Both the position numbers and the translations under genes were made by a program. From NCBI GenBank assembly GCA_964540415.1, contig CAZIMM010000002.1:2932-66931 (forward strand): a DNA stretch of 64,000 nt, given 5' to 3'. Under the pieces are notes generated by a model. It ran no database searches. It saw nothing but the letters and a program-made list of their open reading frames with translations, and was not told the DNA's origin. This stretch comes from an uncultured Eubacteriales bacterium. GTDB lineage: Bacteria; Bacillota; Clostridia; Oscillospirales; Acutalibacteraceae. Below are positions 18,781 through 26,898 of the stretch, in pieces. How positions within the stretch are numbered: position 1 is the first letter of the stretch; each line of letters starts with the position of its first letter.

Positions 18781-19921
18781 ACAGAGCTGTCCTCACAGCA
18801 AAAAATGCGGCGGCTGCCAGCTGAGCAACATGACCTATGAAAAGCAGCTGAAATTCAAGCAGGTCAAGGTGTCGCGCCTTCTGCAAAAATACAGGCGTGT
18901 GCGTCCGATAATCGGTATGGACAATCCTACGCATTACCGCTGCAAGGTGCAGGCGGCGTTCGGCACAACGCGCTCCGGCAAAATAATTTCCGGAGTTTAT
19001 CAGTCGGGCACACACAGCATTGTCTGTGTGGACAGCTGCATGATTGAAGACGAAAAGTCGGATGAAATCATTGTCACGGTGCGCACTCTTCTGGGAAAAT
19101 TTCGCCTGACAGCTTACAATGAGCGCACAGGTGAGGGCTTTTTGCGGCACGTTCTTGTCAGACGCGGACACAACAGCGGCGAAATAATGGTTGTGCTTGT
19201 CACGGCGACGCCGATGTTCCCGTCGCGGAAAAACTTTGTCGGGGCTTTGCTGAAGGCACACCCGGAAATCACCACAATCGTGCAGAACATAAATTCCGCG
19301 GCGACAAGTCTTGTTCTGGGCAAAAGCCAGAGGATTCTTTACGGCAACGGAACAATTGAGGACAGTCTGTGCGGCTGTGTTTTTCGTATTTCACCTGCCT
19401 CGTTTTATCAGATAAATCCGAGTCAGACCGAAATCCTATATTCAAAGGCCGTTGAATTCGCCGGGCTCACAGGGAGTGAAACTGTGATTGACGCTTATTG
19501 CGGAGTCGGCACAATCGGGCTTATCGCGGCAAAAAGCGCAGACAGGGTAATCGGTGTTGAACTGAATGAAGACGCGGTGCGGGACGCAAGGGCAAACGCA
19601 AAGCGCAACGCAATCGAAAACGCCTCGTTTTTCTGCGCCGACGCCGGAGAATTCATGTCCGGCATGGCGGATGCCGGTGAACGGGCTCAGGTTGTTTTCA
19701 TGGACCCTCCGAGGGCGGGCAGCAGCGAAAAGTTTCTGTCCTCGCTTAAAAAGCTTTCGCCGGACAGGGTGGTGTATATCTCCTGCAACCCCGAAACTCT
19801 CGAGCGTGATTTGCAGAGCCTGACAAAGAAATCATACACCGTAACGGCAATTCAGCCGGTTGATATGTTCCCGTACACACACCACATCGAGGTTGTGGTT
19901 CTGCTTACAAAGATTAAATAA
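18773..19921 (+). CDS. 23S rRNA (uracil-C5)-methyltransferase, RlmD/RumA (TrmA) family
   Basis: The ATG at 18773 gives MAEQSCPHSKKCGGCQ (Fe-S Cys cluster). SAM motif DAYCGVGTIGL and catalytic ..YISCNP... It overlaps the HAD gene stop by 8 nt. Confidence 0.85.
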   Translation: MAEQSCPHSKKCGGCQLSNMTYEKQLKFKQVKVSRLLQKYRRVRPIIGMDNPTHYRCKVQAAFGTTRSGKIISGVYQSGTHSIVCVDSCMIEDEKSDEIIVTVRTLLGKFRLTAYNERTGEGFLRHVLVRRGHNSGEIMVVLVTATPMFPSRKNFVGALLKAHPEITTIVQNINSAATSLVLGKSQRILYGNGTIEDSLCGCVFRISPASFYQINPSQTEILYSKAVEFAGLTGSETVIDAYCGVGTIGLIAAKSADRVIGVELNEDAVRDARANAKRNAIENASFFCADAGEFMSGMADAGERAQVVFMDPPRAGSSEKFLSSLKKLSPDRVVYISCNPETLERDLQSLTKKSYTVTAIQPVDMFPYTHHIEVVVLLTKIK

Positions 19922-19941
19922 AACAGCAAGAGGCGTACCTG

Positions 19942-20703
19942 ATGAAAAAGCACGGAAAAAAAACTGCGGACACAAAAAAAGTGAAGGAAAAGGGCTTTGC
20001 TCATTCTGTCGCGTCGGCGTTTCCCTATACGATACCGGTTATGGCGGGATATCTGTTCATCGGCTTTGCTTTCGGAGTCATGTTCCAGGAAAAGGGATAT
20101 AACTTTTTGTGGGCGGGTCTTGCAAGCCTCCTGATTTATGCAGGAAGCGGACAGTATCTTGCCGTGAATTTTTTCTTGCCCGGTGTGAGCTTCCTTCAAA
20201 TAATTTTCCTTGAGTTCATGCTCAATGTGCGCCACATATTTTTCGGCCTTTCAATGCTTGAACGCTTCGGCAAGATGGGCAAAAAGAGACCGTACATGAT
20301 TTTCTCTCTGACCGATGAAACATATTCCCTGTTCTGCCTGACAAAAATTCCGAAGGACGTTGACGAAAACACTTTCATGCTCGCAATTGCGATGATGAAT
20401 CAGAGCTATTGGATAATCGGTTCAATGATAGGAGCGGTTGTCGGTTCGGCAATCGCGTTCAATACAACCGGAATTGATTTTGCAATGACCGCGCTTTTTG
20501 TCGTGATTTTCGTGGAACAGTGGCTGACAAGCGAAAAGCATCTTCCCGCACTGATAGGAATCGGAAGCGCACTGCTCTGTCTGATTGCTTTCGGGCAGAC
20601 AAATTTCATTCTTCCGTCAATGGCATGCATCGCAATTCTGCTGCTGTCCTGCAAAAAAATAATTGAACCGAAAAAGGAAGGAGAGATGAGCGATGCCGAT
20701 TAG
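19942..20703 (+). CDS. azlC: AzlC family branched-chain amino acid exporter subunit
   Basis: 253 aa polytopic membrane protein, followed by an overlapping AzlD-like small membrane protein. Confidence 0.75.
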   Translation: MKKHGKKTADTKKVKEKGFAHSVASAFPYTIPVMAGYLFIGFAFGVMFQEKGYNFLWAGLASLLIYAGSGQYLAVNFFLPGVSFLQIIFLEFMLNVRHIFFGLSMLERFGKMGKKRPYMIFSLTDETYSLFCLTKIPKDVDENTFMLAIAMMNQSYWIIGSMIGAVVGSAIAFNTTGIDFAMTALFVVIFVEQWLTSEKHLPALIGIGSALLCLIAFGQTNFILPSMACIAILLLSCKKIIEPKKEGEMSDAD

Positions 20704-21034
20704 TGTCGGAAAGTCCTTGCTTGTGATTGCCGTAACGGCATTGACAGTGTTTTTTACAAGAGCCATTCCGTTCATCTTCTTTCCGAAAGGCAGAAAAATT
20801 CCTCCCATTGTTCAGTATCTCGGAAAGGTTCTTCCGCCGGCTGTGATGGGAATGCTCGTGGTTTACTGCCTGAAAGCGGTCAATCCTCTCGGCTACCCGT
20901 ACGGTTTGCCGGAGGCAATTGCAATTGTCGTTGTGGTTGCGCTGCACGCATGGAAGCGTAACAATCTGCTGAGCATCGGGGTCGGAACGGTTCTGTATAT
21001 GGTTTTGGTTCAGGTGGTGTTCATACCGCGCTGA
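20693..21034 (+). CDS. azlD: AzlD family branched-chain amino acid exporter subunit
   Basis: 113 aa with about 4 TM segments. It overlaps azlC by 11 nt, the typical azlCD arrangement. Confidence 0.7.
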   Translation: MPISVGKSLLVIAVTALTVFFTRAIPFIFFPKGRKIPPIVQYLGKVLPPAVMGMLVVYCLKAVNPLGYPYGLPEAIAIVVVVALHAWKRNNLLSIGVGTVLYMVLVQVVFIPR

Positions 21035-21102
21035 AAAGCTCACTCCTGACTGTGCGCTCATTCCGAATAAATCCGGGAAAGCATTCAATTTTGAAATTGC
21101 TA

Positions 21103-21131
21103 TTGACAGCAGGAGGAATTTATTGTAATAT
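21103..21131 (+). promoter_or_regulatory. sigma-A type promoter (TTGACA-17-TAATAT); a second extended -10 (TGTATAAT, 21137-21144) lies just downstream
   Basis: TTGACA at 21103-21108, 17-nt spacer, TAATAT at 21126-21131. This leaves a leader of about 105-115 nt before the ATG at 21249. Confidence 0.55.
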
Positions 21132-21248
21132 CATTATGTATAATATTGAACATACATATATTTCGAAAAGGGGATATTTGGGCAGATGATGTGCCTGCGG
21201 CGCATTCTCCCAAACACGGCATATGCCGGAAAGGGTTGATAATTAACA

Positions 21249-22247
21249 ATGAAAAAGCGCGGTTTGATTTTGGTATGTACCTTGTTGTTGCTGCTTTCAT
21301 TCGGCTGCGGTGCAACTCCCGCTCAGTCGGATAAAACGACGAACGGCGATGATACTACGGATAACAATGCATCGACAACAGTCGGTGACAAAGCAAACGT
21401 TGCGGTTACGACGGAGTGGGAAACTCTTGCGCCGACCGGCGAAGCAACAACAGCCGGAGAAACAACCGTCGCTCAGACGACAAAGTGTGACCATGAATTC
21501 CTTGACCCCAACTGCCAGCGCCCCGTAACCTGCAAAAAGTGCGGAGCGACCCGCGGCAAAGTCGGCGTTCACGAATTCCTCTTTGCAACGTGCTACCGTG
21601 AAAAGGTCTGCAAGGTCTGCGGTTATGTTGCAAGCGGAAAGATTGACCATATCTATTCCGAGGCAACCTGCACCAAGCCCGCAACCTGCATTATGTGCGG
21701 TTTAACCAAAGGTGATGTTCTGCCGCATGATCTGACGGATGCAACCTGCACCTCTCCGAGAAGATGCCGCAACTGTCATTACTATGTTCCCAACTCAGAA
21801 CTCGGGCACGATTACACCGAGGCAACCTGTGACGAACCCGCAACCTGCAGAAGATGCGGCAAAGTCAGAGGAGGCACTCTTAAGCATACATTTGAGTTTT
21901 CCTGCATGAAGGGTCAGTACTGCACAAAGTGCGGTTATGTTGTACCCGGTACGTTCGGGCATGATTTCAAAGCGGCAACCTGCACAACTCCGAAAGTTTG
22001 TGTCAACTGCGGAGAGACCAGAGGCTCCGCGTTGGGTCATACTAGTGCCGGCCCCGCAACCTGCACCTCTCCCGAGGTGTGCAGAACCTGCGGAAAGACA
22101 ATCAGCAAGGCACTGGGGCACAACTACATTGCCGCAACCTGCATGACTCCGAAAACCTGCGTGCGCTGCGGTGCAACTGTCGGTTCACCTGTCAAGCACA
22201 AGTATGTTAACGGATATTGCACAATGTGCGGAAGTCCTAAGGTTTAA
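21249..22247 (+). CDS. probable lipoprotein composed of tandem His/Cys-rich mini-repeats
   Basis: 332 aa. Signal peptide MKKRGLILVCTLLLLLSFG|C (degenerate lipobox), then a Thr/Asp/Glu-rich linker, then about 10 repeats of 26-27 aa with the pattern H-x4-(A)TC-x2-P-x2-C-x2-CG. Confidence 0.8.
   Translation: MKKRGLILVCTLLLLLSFGCGATPAQSDKTTNGDDTTDNNASTTVGDKANVAVTTEWETLAPTGEATTAGETTVAQTTKCDHEFLDPNCQRPVTCKKCGATRGKVGVHEFLFATCYREKVCKVCGYVASGKIDHIYSEATCTKPATCIMCGLTKGDVLPHDLTDATCTSPRRCRNCHYYVPNSELGHDYTEATCDEPATCRRCGKVRGGTLKHTFEFSCMKGQYCTKCGYVVPGTFGHDFKAATCTTPKVCVNCGETRGSALGHTSAGPATCTSPEVCRTCGKTISKALGHNYIAATCMTPKTCVRCGATVGSPVKHKYVNGYCTMCGSPKV
21486..22244 (+). repeat. about 10 tandem coding repeats of roughly 78-81 nt (recurrent GCAACCTGCA core)
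   Basis: Units: CDHEFLDPNCQRPVTCKKCG.. / HEFLFATCYREKVCKVCG.. / HIYSEATCTKPATCIMCG.. / HDLTDATCTSPRRCRNCH.. / HDYTEATCDEPATCRRCG.. / HTFEFSCMKGQYCTKCG.. / HDFKAATCTTPKVCVNCG.. / HTSAGPATCTSPEVCRTCG.. / HNYIAATCMTPKTCVRCG.. / HKYVNGYCTMCG (truncated). Confidence 0.85.
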
Positions 22248-22276
22248 ACTCTTTCAATTCCGTTTTATTAACAGCG

Positions 22277-22309
22277 CCCCATGCATATCATTGCAGGGGG
22301 TGTTTTTTT
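22277..22309 (+). terminator. intrinsic terminator after the repeat lipoprotein gene
   Basis: Stem CCCCATGCA / TGCAGGGGG (one A:G mismatch), 6-nt loop, then TGTTTTTTTG. Confidence 0.6.
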
Positions 22310-22528
22310 GTTTTGTACTGTTAACATAGCTGACTTTCAGCGCACGGCGCGGCTGCACAGAAGCTGTGCCGTAAAAAGAATATGTCCGCAGGGTTTGCCC
22401 GAATTCAGAGCAATTGAGCTGAACTGCTCAAAACGCACCGTTGACTGGCACAGGGTGGCGAGGCTTGCACAGCCTTTTGAAAATGCCGTGCTGCTCCAAA
22501 AGGGGCTTTCTCTGCCCGAAGACTGCGG

Positions 22529-23042
22529 AATGACCGTGTTCGAGCCGGCGGTTCTGCCGCTCAAGGCTGCCCTTTTTAATGCAGTTGAGCGTTTGGGAGA
22601 GTGCCGTGTGCCTCCGGTCAAAAGGCGGATATGTGTTGTTGACCCGATGGGAATTCTGCCGGATTACATAGACCTGATTATGCCGCTCGCCGCTGTGGTA
22701 CGGGTTGTGACAAACACACCCGAACTCTACATCACCGCGGTGCACAGGGTTATGGAAAACTTCGGTGCAGCACTTCCTCTGACTGCAAGCGCGGCTGTGA
22801 TTTCCGACAGCCATGCCGTAATAACCGCGCACAGCGAAAAAGTCCGTTGTCTGCCCGGCACGCTTGTCTTTTCCGCCGATGAAGATGACGGCACGGTGCC
22901 TCTGCCGGTTTACACTTTGCCGGAAAGGTTTGCCGCGGTTTGTTCTGCAAAGACCGATCATTTTCTGTTCGCCTGCGCACTGCACGAGCTGTGCGGGGTC
23001 AGCGAGAGAGAGTTGTATCACATGCCCGACTCCGTAATATAA
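22529..23042 (+). CDS. hypothetical protein (start uncertain; may begin upstream at an alternative codon)
   Basis: The open frame runs from 22281, but its first 10 codons contain the terminator hairpin. The first ATG is at 22529 (MTVFEPAVLPLK..). Composition is protein-like, whereas the antisense ORF is Arg/His/Gln-rich. No family recognised. Confidence 0.4.
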
Positions 23043-23078
23043 TAAGGCATAAGGCTATTTACAGAAAGGCGGAGAAAA

Positions 23079-24170
23079 ATGGTTGAATTCTTTTTGGGCG
23101 CAAACACGCCGGAGGGTTTTCACTCACTGTTCAGTGAGCTGTATGACGCAAATGACGGCTGGAACGCGTACATTATTAAAGGCGGTCCGGGCACGGGCAA
23201 ATCCGGGCTGATGAAAAACCTCGCTGCTGCCGCGGATCAGGCGGGTCTGAGCGCCGAAAGGGTGATATGCTCAAGCGACCCGGACAGCATTGATGCCGTA
23301 ATAATCCCGCAGCTGCGTGTCAGCATTGCGGACGGCACCGCTCCCCACGTTATCGAGCCGCAGTACCCGGGAGCAGTCGAGCAGCTTGTCAACCTCGGAG
23401 AATACTGGAACACTGCGGCAATGCGGGAGAACGCAGAAAAGATCATTGAACTGACAAAAATGAACAAGCTCCTGCACAGACGCTGCACAGGCTTCATCGC
23501 AGCCGCAGGCTCTTTGCTTGCCGACAGCCGTCGGCTTGCCTGCTCGTGTGTGATAAAGGAAAAAGCGGAACGCTATGCGCTCCGCTTTGTGTCGAGGGAA
23601 TTGGGCACCTTAAACGGCACCGGGAAGGAGTATAAACGCTTCCTGAGCGCAGTCACGCCCAAGGGTTATTACACAAACACACAAACCGTACCCGAGCTGA
23701 GCGACAGGATCTTTATGCTGTGCGATGAATTCGGCGGGGTGTCGAGTGTGCTTATGCCGCTCATCAAAAAGTACGCGCTTGCCAACGGACATAAGGTTAT
23801 CTCGTGCCTGAATCCTTTCGATCCCAACGGTGCTCCTGAGCAACTGATTTTTCCTGAGAAACGTGTTGCGGTGCTCACTTCGAACAGACTGCATCCGTTC
23901 AAGGAAATTTCCGCAAGGAACATTCACTCAAAACGATTCACCGACACGGAGGAACTCGCAAAGAAAAAGCACAGGCTGAGCTTCAACTCAAAGGCGTTTT
24001 CCGAGCTGCTCGGAGAAGCCGTTAGCCTGCTGCAGGGCGCAAAGGCAACACACGACAGGCTGGAGGCTCTCTATATTTCGGAGATGAGCTTTGAGGGCGT
24101 AAATCAGAAATGCGAAAGCTTAAAAAATGAAATCTTCGGAGAATATGAGAAAACTCAGACTCCCGAATAA
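23079..24170 (+). CDS. P-loop NTPase of unknown function
   Basis: 363 aa. SD GGAG sits 5 nt upstream. Walker A motif GGPGTGKSG near the N-terminus. It resembles a conserved uncharacterised ATPase family of Bacillus/Clostridium as I remember it; this is not verifiable here. Confidence 0.6.
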   Translation: MVEFFLGANTPEGFHSLFSELYDANDGWNAYIIKGGPGTGKSGLMKNLAAAADQAGLSAERVICSSDPDSIDAVIIPQLRVSIADGTAPHVIEPQYPGAVEQLVNLGEYWNTAAMRENAEKIIELTKMNKLLHRRCTGFIAAAGSLLADSRRLACSCVIKEKAERYALRFVSRELGTLNGTGKEYKRFLSAVTPKGYYTNTQTVPELSDRIFMLCDEFGGVSSVLMPLIKKYALANGHKVISCLNPFDPNGAPEQLIFPEKRVAVLTSNRLHPFKEISARNIHSKRFTDTEELAKKKHRLSFNSKAFSELLGEAVSLLQGAKATHDRLEALYISEMSFEGVNQKCESLKNEIFGEYEKTQTPE

Positions 24171-25006
24171 GCCGCAAAGCCGCCGTCAACAGGCAGAACA
24201 ACACCGGTGATGAACGCGGAGCATTCGCCGTCGCACAAAAAAAGCAGCGCGCCGGTCAGATCTTCGGGTGTACCGAAACGTCCGAGCGGAGTGTGGCCGA
24301 GAATCTTGTCGGAACGGGCGGTGAGAGAACCGTCTTCATTGTAAAGCAGAGCCTTGTTCTGGTTTGTTGAAAAGAAACCAGGTGCCAGAGCGTTTACGCG
24401 GAGACCGACGGGCGCAAAATGCACCGCCATCCACTGCGTGAAGTTTGAAACGGCAGCCTTTGCTGCGGAATAGGCGGGAATGCGTGTGAGAGGACGGTAG
24501 GAGTTCATTGAGGATATGTTCAGGATGCAAACGTCGTCTCTGCCGACCATGTCTTTTGCAAACGCCTGTGTTGTAAGCATTGTACCGAGAAAGTTGAGGT
24601 TAAAAACAAACTCGATACCCTTGGGGTCAAGATCAAAAAAGGTCTTGACTCCCTCTGCTTTTCCGGCAATGTCGGAAAGCTCGAGAGTGTCTTTTGTTGT
24701 TGTGCCGAGAGGTGAGTTGCCGCCGGCGCCGTTGATGAGAATGTCGCACTTTCCGAAGGCGGAATTCACGGCTTCTCTTGCCGCTGCAAGGCTTTCCGGC
24801 TCAAGCACGTTGCAGGCAACGGCAATTGCCGTGCCGCCGCTTGCGGTAATCTCGTCCGCAACAGCCTGTGCCGCATCCGCTCTTAGATCGAGCACGGCAA
24901 CCTTCGCTCCGCATCCGGCGAGATCTTTTGCAAAACCGCTGCAAAGCACTCCGCCTGCGCCGGTGATAACAGCAACCTTGTTCTGAAGATTCTCATGCTT
25001 AACCAT
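24155..25006 (-). CDS. SDR family oxidoreductase (mannonate/gluconate-type short-chain dehydrogenase-like)
   Basis: 283 aa. TGAGGVLC cofactor motif, catalytic YSAAK, NGAGGN. Confidence 0.8.
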   Translation of the reverse strand: MVKHENLQNKVAVITGAGGVLCSGFAKDLAGCGAKVAVLDLRADAAQAVADEITASGGTAIAVACNVLEPESLAAAREAVNSAFGKCDILINGAGGNSPLGTTTKDTLELSDIAGKAEGVKTFFDLDPKGIEFVFNLNFLGTMLTTQAFAKDMVGRDDVCILNISSMNSYRPLTRIPAYSAAKAAVSNFTQWMAVHFAPVGLRVNALAPGFFSTNQNKALLYNEDGSLTARSDKILGHTPLGRFGTPEDLTGALLFLCDGECSAFITGVVLPVDGGFAAYSGV

Positions 25007-25056
25007 TTTTATCTCTCCGTTTCAAAAAAATAGATTAAAGTGTTGCCTTCCTAAGT

Positions 25057-25093
25057 GAAAACCCCTGTGTCGCTCAAAAGAGGGACACGGGGG
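25057..25093 (-). terminator. intrinsic terminator downstream of ptsH
   Basis: On the minus strand: CCCCCGTGTCC..loop..GACACAGGGG (one G:U pair), followed by TTTTC. Confidence 0.7.
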
Positions 25094-25130
25094 TTGCTGC
25101 ACATATCCTGCGCAAAAATATTATCGGCTT

Positions 25131-25394
25131 TTATTCGGAAAAACCGGATTCAACGAGCTTGACAAGTTCGTCAACAGCAAGATTTTCGTCTGAACCGCCG
25201 GCAATAATGCGGATATCGGTTCCGCCCATAATTCCGAGGGAAAGCACGCCGAGCAGACTCTTTGCGTTGACTCTGCGTTCCTCTTTTTCGACCCAGATGG
25301 AGGATTTAAACTCGTTTGCCTTCTGGATGAAAAAGGTTGCAGGACGAGCGTGAAGCCCAACCTGATTCTGGACTGTTACATCTTTAACATACAT
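25131..25394 (-). CDS. ptsH: phosphocarrier protein HPr
   Basis: The ATG at 25394 sits 9 nt after GGGAGA. 87 aa: MYVKDVTVQNQVGLHARPAT (His15 site) and ..NAKSLLGVLSLG.. (Ser46 site). Confidence 0.9.
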   Translation of the reverse strand: MYVKDVTVQNQVGLHARPATFFIQKANEFKSSIWVEKEERRVNAKSLLGVLSLGIMGGTDIRIIAGGSDENLAVDELVKLVESGFSE

Positions 25395-25461
25395 ATAAAT
25401 ATTTCTCCCACACTCAAAATATACTGTGTTTAGGCGAGTGAACACACTCGTTATAGTACAT

Positions 25462-25489
25462 ATTATATCACAAAATCATCAAACGTCAA
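25462..25489 (-). promoter_or_regulatory. sigma-A type promoter for ptsH (TTGACG-16-TATAAT on the minus strand)
   Basis: -35 at 25489..25484, 16-nt spacer, -10 at 25467..25462. Confidence 0.55.
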
Positions 25490-25622
25490 TGATATCCGAA
25501 GCCCTCAAAGATAATTCAGCTTGTATTCCAAACATGGGCTTTGTGCACGTTTTTAATTTGTGCAGGTTGACCAGATAAAAAATTGAATTTTGTGCGATTT
25601 GCCTGAATTATTTTTTATGGAA

Positions 25623-26860
25623 TTATTCGACAACCGCCGACAAATTGACCGAATCAAAGTCGAAAGCAATGTCCGAAAAAACAGACGGATTATAAAGGAA
25701 AATTACGATATCAGGGCTTGTGTCAGCAATGTATTCCTTCAGACTGCAATCGTGTGCGTCACGCATATCGTAGTTGTCAACCTCAGCACAAATCAATGAA
25801 AGAAACGGCGCGAACACATAGCCGAAGCTGTCCCTGACAAGAAGAATTTTTGTGTCGTTCGGAGCGTTGTTGTTGATAATCTGAGTGTTTCCGGGAACGT
25901 CATAGGCGTTGTATGAGGACCGGTCGTAGAGAGAGCCGTCTGTGACCTTTGACATGTTGAATATTACATTTTCAAAGCTTCCCGAGGTTCTTTTTCCGAA
26001 CCGCACAACATCAAGCGATGTGGCAAAATCCGGAGTGATAATTTCAAAATCATCGGGCGCGGCATACAGTTTTCCGGTGCGCTTGCCGTAAGAACCGAGG
26101 AAGTTCCGTTCATATGTTTTTGAATTATAGCTTCCGATGTCCGTCACGGTACTGTCAAATTTCAAAGAGTAGTCCTCTTTCAGGCATTCCGCAACTTTTC
26201 CGAAAGCATTGAACGCACCGCGCGGAGTCCAGTGATGGTCAGTACGGAAGAAATTATCGTAACGGTCGGATGCCTCCTCACCGTAATCCGATGTTTTGCG
26301 CAGGTCCATACAACTGATGCCTGCGGAACTGACGGCGTTAAGAAGACCGTCGGTGTTGGCATTTGCGTATTCGGTCATTCCTTCGGGCAGATGAGAATCG
26401 TTCGGGGCGATTTTATAAGGTGCTGCGGTGAACAGCAAGGGAACACCCATGCCGTCGAGATAACCCTTCAAACCGGCAAGCGAGGCAGCGTAGCTTCCGG
26501 TGTCGAGCTGCTCGGGCAAAAACGAGAGATAACCGTTTTTGAGACGGATAACGGTCTTAGTCGCATCCGCATCCTCAACGGTGTTTTTCTTTGCAATGCG
26601 CTGAAGCCCGCCGTACAAATCAATATATTTGCTTTTCAGCGGAAAATCATCAGCGTCCCGCACCCCGGCAACGCCCGCGCGCACGCAGTAAACCACACGT
26701 TTAAGCGGGGTCCAGCTCACATCGTAGGCGCTGTAATGGCTTTTATAATCAATCAGATTTTTGGCAAGACAAATCCCGCCGGACAAAAAATCATGATTGT
26801 GAACACAACGGCAATAATGCCGTAGGAGATGTTCTCACGTGTCCGCTTCTTGTGTGTCAT
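25623..26860 (-). pseudogene. DHHW-family (AlgX/AlgJ-like SGNH) protein, copy 1, interrupted by a 1-nt deletion after the membrane-anchor codons
   Basis: The main frame 25623..26786 contains FFRTDHHWTP. The ATG at 26860 (SD GAGGA) encodes MTHKKRTRENISYGIIAVVFTIMIF, then falls out of frame at ATTTTTTG (copy 2 has ATTTTTCTG) and stops at 26753. Confidence 0.7.
26535..26821 (-). repeat. near-identical tract shared with 27816-28104 (5' region of DHHW copy 1)
   Basis: By-eye alignment gives roughly 17 substitutions plus 1 indel over about 288 nt. Outside the tract the two genes are only about half identical at the protein level. Confidence 0.8.
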
Positions 26861-26898
26861 ACGGTCATCCTCACTTTTCCGCAAACGAAATTATGAAC

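Noticed and set aside
22281-22528. The upstream part of ORF 22281..23042 (MHIIAGGVFLFCTVN...).
   Set aside because: Its first codons are the stem-loop and T-run of the lipoprotein gene terminator, so translation from 22281 is implausible. The real start is somewhere downstream and remains unresolved.
22428-23021. A 197-aa minus-strand ORF opposite the hypothetical gene.
   Set aside because: The translation is Arg/His/Gln/Asn-rich with no SD. The plus-strand frame has a much more protein-like composition and is co-directional with the NTPase gene.
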